DNA from: Elusimicrobiota bacterium
GTDB taxonomy: Bacteria > Elusimicrobiota > Elusimicrobia > Elusimicrobiales > UBA9959
Length of the DNA: 51,660 nucleotides
Assembly: GCA_022013385.1 (NCBI GenBank)
Contig: JAKLQJ010000061.1
Location: 1 to 51,660, forward strand
Direction: 5' to 3'
Below are positions 32,245 to 39,938 of this stretch, piece after piece (position 1 is the stretch's first letter; every line of letters starts with the position of its first letter). The notes under the pieces were generated by a model. That model searched no databases. It was not told where the DNA came from and saw only the letters and a program-made list of their open reading frames with translations. The position numbers and the translations under genes are program-made.

Positions 32245-32589
32245 TCAAAGTTCGCTACAGAAATAGTCATCTTTGGCCGTCTGATAAGCATAGCTTCTTG
32301 ATACGGCACCCAGCATAGCCTTGGCATAACGCGGTTTTTTTATAATGCTTTTGTATCTTTGCTTTTCCCCCGTTTTTGAATACCCGCGGAAATTTCCCGT
32401 GAAATCTACCAATACATCATAAGTCCAAACAATAGCGGGTTTTAATGTATTGCGAAATTTTTCCGTTATGTCAACACTGACACGCCAAATGTCTTTTTCT
32501 TTTGATATTTTGCGTATTATAGGAAAATCAAATCCCGTAAATTCCGCCAAATTGTTTTTGGCGATTTTGATTAATTCCTTTTCATTCAT
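32245..32589 (-). CDS. GvpO-like protein (114 aa) upstream of gvpA; C-terminal tail repeat-encoded
   Basis: LAEFTGFDFPIIRKISKEKDIWRVSVDITEK...WTYDVLVDFTGNFRGYSKTGEKQRY follows the GvpO pattern (DxWxVxV..E...YDVxVDxxGxxxxY...RY). The last 25 or so codons read through a CATAGC-type repeat (32288-32325). Confidence 0.5.
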   Translation of the reverse strand: MNEKELIKIAKNNLAEFTGFDFPIIRKISKEKDIWRVSVDITEKFRNTLKPAIVWTYDVLVDFTGNFRGYSKTGEKQRYKSIIKKPRYAKAMLGAVSRSYAYQTAKDDYFCSEL

Positions 32590-32774
32590 TCCGCTTTATT
32601 CCTTCCTTTAAAACGCTTTTCCGATTTTGACCGTCTAAAAAGCACAGCCTATATGGTGCCTGACAATAGGTTCTGAAACTTCTGTAGTGTAAAATTATAA
32701 CAGTTAATATAAACCCTGTCAACAGGGCTAGCATTAACTTAACAAAAGTCAAATTTTTCATTATACTTTGAGTC

Positions 32775-33104
32775 ATGGATATTTACAAAGAAATCGGAAA
32801 GCGAATATTATTTGCAAGAAAAACCCTCAATTTAACACAGGAAAACATCGCTGAAGCAGCGGGGATAGAAACTTCTTTCTATGGACAAATTGAAAGAGGA
32901 GCGAATATTCCAAGCATATTTACACTTAGCAAAATCGCAAAAGCTTTAAATATTGAAACTTCAGATTTATTTCCATCATCTGCCAAAAGGCAAAGTCCGC
33001 AAACAAAAATAATAATCAATATGATTGAAAAGTTTTCGCCCCAAAATAAAGAGTTTGTTGTTGATATGCTTATGAAATTATCTAAACGCCTTAGAAAATA
33101 TTGA
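32775..33104 (+). CDS. XRE-family helix-turn-helix transcriptional regulator, divergent from the gvp island
   Basis: LTQENIAEAAGIETSFYGQIERGANIPSIFTLSKIAKALNIETSDLF is the HTH_3/XRE signature. Confidence 0.85.
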   Translation: MDIYKEIGKRILFARKTLNLTQENIAEAAGIETSFYGQIERGANIPSIFTLSKIAKALNIETSDLFPSSAKRQSPQTKIIINMIEKFSPQNKEFVVDMLMKLSKRLRKY

Positions 33105-33232
33105 CCTAACACAATTATCGGAAGCTATGCGAACGACCAATCTAAAGACTGCAGTCGGTTAGAGTTACAGTGCAAAAGCTGGCAGACAGACAAATTTAAA
33201 CCAAATACACCTCGGAGGTGTATTTGGTTATA

Positions 33233-34471
33233 TTATTTTTTTGTTTCTTTTAATGCCTCGCCTATCATATCGGACGCGTATTTAAGGTCTTCTTTTGAAT
33301 GCCTGTAAGCGATATAACCGTGATGATAAGGCTGAAGAAAAACTTTTCGTCTTATTAATTGGGTGTAAAACTCTTTCCTCAATTTTTTATAGAGGCCGGT
33401 TTTATCCTTATTAAAGATTATATAAGGCATCCACGGCTCGCCGGAAAATGAGCAGTTTACTCCGCTGTTTTTAATCTGATCTTTTACATTTTCGGCAAAA
33501 CCATTTCCTTTCGCCTTGATATCATCCAATATATTATCCCTTTGAAGGACTTCTATTGTTTTTAGAGAGGCCGCCATGCCTAAGCTATTTGAAAAAAAAG
33601 TGGAGCTCGCGAAAACTTTTTGAACAACGGTGTCCATGATTTCCTTTTTTCCCGCCACCATGCTTATTTCATAACCGTTTGCCATGGCCTTGCCGAAAAC
33701 GGATAAATGAGGCGTAATGCCCAATAGCTTTTGAGCTCCGCCCATATCAACTCTAAAGCCTGTTCTTATTTCGTCAAAAACCAAAACAGTATCGTATCTT
33801 TCAGCCAATTCTTTTAAACCTTCAAGAAAACCCGGTTTTGGCATTTCAACGGGATATGCCAAGGGATGACCTATGGGAGTTACTATTATTGCGGCGGTGT
33901 CATTGCCATGTTCCTTCATCATCGCTTCAGCCTGCTCAAGATTATTGTATTCAAATTCCAGAGTGTCTTCGTATAATTTGGAAGGTATTCCGCCTTTAAC
34001 TTCCACGCACCAGTCATGCCAGCCGTGATAACCGCAGCGAAGGATTTTAGTCTTATCTGTATATCCGCGGGCTATTCTGGTCGCCAGAGTTGTGGCATCG
34101 GAACCGGTTTTAACAAAAATTACTTTCTCGGCGGAAGGAATAATATCTATCATTTTTTCTGCCAAGGTGTTTTGAATCTCTTGCACCAGCGACATGCAAA
34201 ACCCTTTTTCTCTGATTTGAGCGATAGCCGCATTGTCTATTTCTTCTTCTCTATGACCGATTATTATAGGGCCATAGGCGCAAAGCATATCTATATATTC
34301 ATTGCCGTCCGCGTCAATAACTTTTCCGCCTTTGGCGGTTTCAAAAAATATCGGATATTCGCCGACTACAAAATTATAAGGGCGCCTGATTCCGAGCATT
34401 CCGCCCGGGATTAATTCCTGAGCTCTTTTATAAAGCTGCTCGGATTTTTCAAGTTTTAAATGTTCCGTCAT
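33233..34471 (-). CDS. class III PLP-dependent aminotransferase (GSA-aminomutase-like)
   Basis: LIPGG...YIDMLCAYGPIIIGH...VFDEIRTGFR...FGKAMANGY contains the PLP-binding Lys. The second ATG (34471) has better spacing from GGAG. Confidence 0.85.
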   Translation of the reverse strand: MTEHLKLEKSEQLYKRAQELIPGGMLGIRRPYNFVVGEYPIFFETAKGGKVIDADGNEYIDMLCAYGPIIIGHREEEIDNAAIAQIREKGFCMSLVQEIQNTLAEKMIDIIPSAEKVIFVKTGSDATTLATRIARGYTDKTKILRCGYHGWHDWCVEVKGGIPSKLYEDTLEFEYNNLEQAEAMMKEHGNDTAAIIVTPIGHPLAYPVEMPKPGFLEGLKELAERYDTVLVFDEIRTGFRVDMGGAQKLLGITPHLSVFGKAMANGYEISMVAGKKEIMDTVVQKVFASSTFFSNSLGMAASLKTIEVLQRDNILDDIKAKGNGFAENVKDQIKNSGVNCSFSGEPWMPYIIFNKDKTGLYKKLRKEFYTQLIRRKVFLQPYHHGYIAYRHSKEDLKYASDMIGEALKETKK

Positions 34472-34477
34472 AATCAT

Positions 34478-35110
34478 CTCCTAAAAAAACACTATGTGTT
34501 TTTTTACCCCCCGTGCTTAGATTTTACTATTTCCCGCGTTTAGATTCCTCTGGAATTAGCGGGGAATAAAATCTACGGGGGGTTACACTATGGTCGTTCG
34601 ATGTGCATAGCACCTTGTTACGGAACACGAACCTTTTGGTTCATCAGGTGTCGTAAGTTATACGAACGACCGACACCCAGCATAGCCTCGTGTTTTTTTA
34701 CCCCTTGTGCCTAGATTTCAATATTTCCTGCGACTATTCCGCTATGCGGAACGCAGGAAATAAAATCTACGGGGGGTTATACTTCTATGTGTTTTTTTAC
34801 CCCCCGTGCTTAGATTTCGCCGCCCGATAGGCATAGCCTCTGATACGGCACTGCCATAGGCTTGTACTATTTTCCCGCGTTAAAATTCCTTTGGAATTAG
34901 CGGGGAATTAAATCTACGGGGGGTTATACTTCCTCGTGTTTTTTTACCCCCCGTGCTTAGATTGCGCCGCCCGATAGGCATAGCACCTTGTTACGACACC
35001 CGCCTGTCATGGGTTTATCCCATGGGCATAGCCTTGGCCGTCTTGTTCGCATAGCGTTTGTTACGGCACCCAGCATAGCCTTGTATTTTTTTACTCCTTT
35101 GGGGTTATAA
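34478..35110. repeat. array of four nested-hairpin modules interspersed with CATAGC-type repeats
   Basis: Left arms GTGTTTTTTTACCCCCCGTGCTTAGATT occur at 34495, 34690, 34788 and 34926. Right arms AAATCTACGGGGGGTTA occur near 34569, 34762 and 34910. The inner hairpins are TTCCCGC...GCGGGGAA. Confidence 0.85.
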
Positions 35111-35498
35111 TTCAAATTATAGAAAAAACCAAGTTTTTAATCTTTATTTATTTCCTTTTTTTAGCGGTATACAATATGTAACCATCAACTAATATATAGT
35201 TTTGCAATCGAAAAAAATTTGGCATATTGAGCAAAAAAAACTAACTTTCAGTCAATTTTTATTTTATCATTTTAAAATTTCTCATTCACTATCATTGTTT
35301 ACCCGTTCAGAGGTTTCCGAGCTTTAACCAACAATTCACAAATGTCGAGTTCCGTTTTTATCTCATTACACGACTTTTATTTTATTAGGAATTTCAAAGT
35401 TTGATGAATTTTATTTTAGGGATATTTGGCCATTCACATAGTTCATGACATCTGATAAGCCATATGTCCATAGTTTGTATTTGATAAAACCGTTATAT

Positions 35499-36401
35499 TC
35501 ATTGTCCTATAGGCAGGTCAAATATTGAGTCTATCAATAATTGCGTTTTTCCGGATAAGCATATCCCCGCGCCGTGTTTTGAGTTTCGGGCAATAAGTCC
35601 TTTTTGCAAGGGAGTCCATTGCGCGGCTATGCTGCCGAATCCATTTCCGTATTTCATCTTTAAATATTTTTCATAAACACATTCTTCAAAATCATTGAAA
35701 ATTATGCGCTTATCTTCCTCTTCGGATTTGACGAATGTTCCTTTATAACCGTCGCATACATAGGAGTGTCCCGTTTTTAGACTTATGGCTCTTATCATAT
35801 AATGGTTCGCAAAAAGAATATTGCCAACGCTTAATTTGCTTGGATCATTCCAACTATTCACAATTTCAAAGATATAATCTTGTGATAAATGTTCTGCCAA
35901 ATGTTCTTTTAATCTTTTCGCGTGCGTCAGACAATTCCACGCTCCGGTTCCAACATTTAAAACGGCATTTCCATAATAAAATCTGCCGGCTTTTACAATT
36001 TCTCGGAGCTTTTGTTTTTCTTGATTTTTTGTTTCTTCGCTTGTGTCAACTTGAGCATCGATCAGAAAAAATCCTGTCGCTTCAAAATAATTTCTCGCTT
36101 CTTGAGAGGTATATCCTGACATCGGCCTTATATTTTTACTCAATTCCTTAAGACGATAGAGACCGCTCGGAAGATAATTATCATTAAGGCGGTTATAACA
36201 AATGGAGCACTTTAAAATATCAGGTTTTTCTAATTGTGTTTGTTGCGCCGCTGAAACTTTAGGAACGGGAACGGAGACTTCCGAATTTCCCAAACGAGAG
36301 CTGAAATCATAATCATTCAGTAAATTATAGTCCTCAGCTCGGATTGCAATAGAGCAGGCTAAAACTGTACCCCACAATAATAAAAATCCCTTACTTTTCA
36401 T
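35499..36401 (-). CDS. secreted hypothetical protein (300 aa)
   Basis: Signal-peptide-like MKSKGFLLLWGTVLACSIAIRA. No family recognised. Confidence 0.5.
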   Translation of the reverse strand: MKSKGFLLLWGTVLACSIAIRAEDYNLLNDYDFSSRLGNSEVSVPVPKVSAAQQTQLEKPDILKCSICYNRLNDNYLPSGLYRLKELSKNIRPMSGYTSQEARNYFEATGFFLIDAQVDTSEETKNQEKQKLREIVKAGRFYYGNAVLNVGTGAWNCLTHAKRLKEHLAEHLSQDYIFEIVNSWNDPSKLSVGNILFANHYMIRAISLKTGHSYVCDGYKGTFVKSEEEDKRIIFNDFEECVYEKYLKMKYGNGFGSIAAQWTPLQKGLIARNSKHGAGICLSGKTQLLIDSIFDLPIGQ

Positions 36402-36647
36402 AATGCCCCTGAAAAAAATTGTCGGTATAGTTTAGGGGATATCACTTGACTTGTCAAGGGTAATATGCAGTTTGTCATTTAAAAATTAAAAGTGCACAGT
36501 TTTTGATAGATTTAAAATTTAAAAGTGCACACCTTTAAACACGCTGTTTTTAAGTTTTTGAAAAAATTTCAGCGATTCTTAGATATGCAAATAGCTTGTA
36601 AATTAAATTCCGGCATAAATATTTCCGGTTAACGGAGCATTGCCATA

Positions 36648-37832
36648 TTAAAAATAAAGTGTAAATGCGGCTTCAAAATAGGTTGATGGAAATTCCAATG
36701 AAATAAGCTCCATCTCCGTTTCTGAGTACGGGGAATTTCTATCCTTAACAATTGTCGTAAAAGATTTCTTTGCTGAACTAAGAGCGGCATTGCCAAAAAG
36801 AGACAAACCAAACCTTGACTGAGGCCTCCATTCCACTCCTAAGCGAGCTATGGGCGCGGAAAGTCGAACGCTGGTTTCCTGTGTCGAAAAATCATAGTTA
36901 CCGACAGTCGCATAACCATTATCTTTACCTTTAATCCCCATTTTGGCAGTAAAATATTGCAGTCCAGCATAAAGCCGAAAATATTTACTGAGTTTATAAG
37001 GGCAAGCAATGCTTAGTCGCTGAGAAGAGATTGAAAAATTTATTGGAACATTCGGCTGTGGACCGCCGTCCGTAACAATCTCAACACGAAATTCTTCTTC
37101 GCTCGGCATAAAGAATGTTCCTTCAATAATGAGCCATGATTTTGGAAAATACTTAAATCCTAGTCCTTCGCTGAATCCATGTTCGTCTATTCGTGGTGTG
37201 CCTTCAAGCCAATAACCGGCTCCTGTGAAAGTTTGTGGCAAACCGGCTTTAGGAGAATAAATATCCGCAAGCACAATCTGAAGCCCGATTGCCTGAGTGT
37301 CAGGAATTAAAGTAAGGTATCGCTTGGCGTCCGCGTCAAATACTTTAATGGGCACTTCAAAAATTTCCGGCGCCACGATCTCGGCGGTTTCCGTGTCCAC
37401 AATGCGCATGCTAATCTGATAGGACTTTCCAAGCCGTGAAACACTTCCCAGAATCAATAGTCGCGCTCCTATAAGGTTTCCCACTTTAACGGCTGTTTCA
37501 GTGTCAATGGCGCCTGATAATCCAAGTTTCTGCTCCCTTAAAACCATATCAAGCTGATTGCTCTCTATAAGATTAAACTTACTGAATTTAAAAATCTGTT
37601 GCGATAGAATTTCACTCACCGCGAAGTTCACACGCATTTGCGCCAGTTTCTCATCCGTTTGGAACGGAAAGACGGCTACGGATACATTGGTAAATCCTTT
37701 AGATTCCGCGATTTGGATTAATTTTTTAGCGGATTTTTCCATTTTTGAATCCAAATCGCCGGCTGTAATAGTGGCAACAGTTACAATTGAAAGTACTAAT
37801 GCCAATAAACCTGATTCGTATAGTTTCTTCAT
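36648..37832 (-). CDS. outer-membrane protein: periplasmic CsgG/FlgO/LpoB-like N-domain plus predicted beta-barrel
   Basis: Signal peptide present. VAVFPFQTDEK...ESNQLDMVLREQKLGLSGAID...GARLLILGSVSRLGKSYQISMRIVDTETAEIV is typical of that fold. The C-terminus ends ...FTLYF. Confidence 0.55.
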   Translation of the reverse strand: MKKLYESGLLALVLSIVTVATITAGDLDSKMEKSAKKLIQIAESKGFTNVSVAVFPFQTDEKLAQMRVNFAVSEILSQQIFKFSKFNLIESNQLDMVLREQKLGLSGAIDTETAVKVGNLIGARLLILGSVSRLGKSYQISMRIVDTETAEIVAPEIFEVPIKVFDADAKRYLTLIPDTQAIGLQIVLADIYSPKAGLPQTFTGAGYWLEGTPRIDEHGFSEGLGFKYFPKSWLIIEGTFFMPSEEEFRVEIVTDGGPQPNVPINFSISSQRLSIACPYKLSKYFRLYAGLQYFTAKMGIKGKDNGYATVGNYDFSTQETSVRLSAPIARLGVEWRPQSRFGLSLFGNAALSSAKKSFTTIVKDRNSPYSETEMELISLEFPSTYFEAAFTLYF

Positions 37833-37932
37833 ATTTTCCTCATCTGGTTATATTGTCAAATGCCACTTTTCGTAATTTGCGTGAAAGCATATCGGATTCT
37901 CACGATGCAATAGTGCTATCAGTTTCTTTTTT

Positions 37933-38085
37933 CTATTTTTTTTCTTCAAGTTTTTTCACTATGAAAGTTGCCACATCTTCCGCGTAAGTTTCGGAGCCAA
38001 AACCGGCGTCATAGCTCAATTCTTTGGCAAGTTTATTGTTTATTCGCGGCCCTCCGGCTATTATAATGAACTTATCTCGCAGTTT
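37933..38085 (-). pseudogene. C-terminal remnant of a B12-binding-domain protein (lysine/ornithine aminomutase beta-subunit-like)
   Basis: Own translation: KLRDKFIIIAGGPRINNKLAKELSYDAGFGSETYAEDVATFIVKKLEEKK*. It is preceded by an in-frame TAA and has no start codon. It resembles the ends of B12-binding domains of aminomutases (from memory). Confidence 0.4.
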
Positions 38086-38108
38086 TTATGTCAGAGCCTC
38101 AGTAGTCT

Positions 38109-39218
38109 TCATTTTTTTATTTCGCTGTGTATTTTTTTCGCCACGGCATTCGCCATATCAAGAGTGGAATCGTTTCCCCCCATATCATAAGTTCGGGTTT
38201 CGCCTTCTTTAATCACTTGAGCGACAGCGCTTTCAACTTGTTTCGCCAATTCAATTTCTCCGAGCCAATACATCATCATTTTCGCCGCGAGAATTGAAGC
38301 AATTGGATTTACTTTATATTGGCCGGCGTATTTCGGAGCGGAACCATGACTCGGTTCAAAAACGGCGTAATTGTCTCCAATATTGCCGCTGCATCCAAAA
38401 CCCAATCCCCCGACCAATTGCGCGGCCAGATCGGAAATTATGTCGCCGTAAAGATTGGGCGCCACCAAAACATCATAATCAAACGGATTTTTTAGAAGCC
38501 ACATGCACATGGCGTCAATATTCGCGCTGTCAAAAGCGATTTCAGGATATTCCTTGCTTATTTCTTTCGCGGTTTCCAAAAACAAGCCGTCGGTAATGCG
38601 AATAACATTGGCTTTTTGAACGGATGTGACTTTTTTTCTCTTGTTTTTTCTCGCGAATTCAAAAGCTGCTCTTATGATGCGCTCGCATCCTTTTTTTGTG
38701 TTGATTTTCAAAGAAACGGCCGCGTCTTTCGGGACTTTTTCCATCCCTTTGATTTTCAACATTTCTTCGGAAAGCTTTGAGAATTCAACGCCGGAATAAA
38801 GGTCTTCCGTGTTTTCCCTGAAAATCACCAAATCTATTCCGTCTTTGAAATTCAAGGGATTGCCCGGATATGCCTTGCACGGTCTGAGGCATATGTATAA
38901 ATCAAGCAATTGTCTCATTAAAACAATTGGGCTTCTATAGCTGAATCCTTTTTCTTTCAATGCGGGAGAAAGTTCTTTTTCGGCTTCTTTTTTTGGTTTT
39001 GAAGTAATGGCGCCGAAGAAAGCGCAATCGGTGCTTTTCATCAAATCAATTGTCCTCTGAGGCAGAGGGTTCCCTTCTTTTATCCAGAACTCCCATCCGA
39101 TATCGCCCGGAATATATTCGGCGTCCAAATTGACCGCTTTAAGCACAATCATTGTCGCTTCGCTGATATCTTTGCCAACGCCATCGCCCTCAAGCCACGC
39201 TATTTTATATTTTGCCAT
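38109..39218 (-). CDS. isocitrate/isopropylmalate/homoisocitrate dehydrogenase family protein (IDH-like signature)
   Basis: NLYGDIISDLAAQLVGGLGFGCSGNIGDNYAVFEPSHGSAPKYAGQYKVNP; the APKYAGQxKVNP stretch is IDH-like. 369 aa. Substrate cannot be assigned by eye. Confidence 0.85.
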   Translation of the reverse strand: MAKYKIAWLEGDGVGKDISEATMIVLKAVNLDAEYIPGDIGWEFWIKEGNPLPQRTIDLMKSTDCAFFGAITSKPKKEAEKELSPALKEKGFSYRSPIVLMRQLLDLYICLRPCKAYPGNPLNFKDGIDLVIFRENTEDLYSGVEFSKLSEEMLKIKGMEKVPKDAAVSLKINTKKGCERIIRAAFEFARKNKRKKVTSVQKANVIRITDGLFLETAKEISKEYPEIAFDSANIDAMCMWLLKNPFDYDVLVAPNLYGDIISDLAAQLVGGLGFGCSGNIGDNYAVFEPSHGSAPKYAGQYKVNPIASILAAKMMMYWLGEIELAKQVESAVAQVIKEGETRTYDMGGNDSTLDMANAVAKKIHSEIKK

Positions 39219-39440
39219 TTTTCCTCCAAATACACAGATTCTCGCAAAGAACGCAAATTTTTTCTATTTCCTTGTCTTCATTCGCGTTTTTTTCTTTGTA
39301 TTAGCCTGCGACTACTATTTTAGCAAAGGCCGACCACATAGTTCTCGGCATCTGCCTGCCCGCCGACGCAGTAGTGGCGGGATGAACCAAAAGGTTCGTT
39401 GTTCCACAAGCTTTGCGACTACTTACCGTTTCCTTAATTT

Positions 39441-39938
39441 CTATTTTCCGTATTTTTTTTGCAAAGACGCGATAAGCCCGCCGCCTTCTATAAGTTCCAA
39501 AGCTTGCTTTGGAAGCGAGATCGCGCTTATGTCTTTATCGCTTGTTAAGTTTTTTATCTTTCCTTTGTCAAAATCAATTTCAATTTCTTCCGATTCTTGC
39601 ATCTCTTTGGCGGCATCCTGACTTATAATGAGCGGAAGTCCCAAATTGATTGAATTTCTGTAAAAAATTCTCGCGAACGATTTAGCGATAACCGCCCCGA
39701 TATTCGCGTATTTTATCGCGGCTGTCGCTTGCTCTCTGCTTGAACCGCAACCGAAATTCGCTCCCGCGACTATAATATTTCCGTTTTGGATTTTCGCCCT
39801 TAAATCGGGGTGCGACATTTCAAAAAGATGTTTCGGAGTTTCCAATTTATCCGTTATATTCAAAAAACGACCCGGGTAAATCAAATCCGTGTCAATATTA
39901 TCGCCTAAAACTATAACCACTTTTCCTTTGATTTTCAT
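39441..39938 (-). CDS. aconitase-family small subunit (LeuD/HacB type)
   Basis: 165 aa with GANFGCGSSREQA, abutting the large-subunit gene. Confidence 0.87.
   Translation of the reverse strand: MKIKGKVVIVLGDNIDTDLIYPGRFLNITDKLETPKHLFEMSHPDLRAKIQNGNIIVAGANFGCGSSREQATAAIKYANIGAVIAKSFARIFYRNSINLGLPLIISQDAAKEMQESEEIEIDFDKGKIKNLTSDKDISAISLPKQALELIEGGGLIASLQKKYGK

Noticed and set aside
32582-32776. 64-aa minus-strand ORF between the GvpO-like gene and the XRE regulator
   Set aside because: It occupies the divergent promoter region, overlaps both neighbours' start codons, and has no RBS and no recognisable fold. It is probably non-coding.
34478-35110. Repeat array that at first glance might be a CRISPR locus
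   Set aside because: The repeats occur as inverted arm pairs around inner hairpins. The spacing is irregular (about 45 to 120 bp), and the apparent spacers are themselves copies of other dispersed repeats. No cas genes are present in the window.
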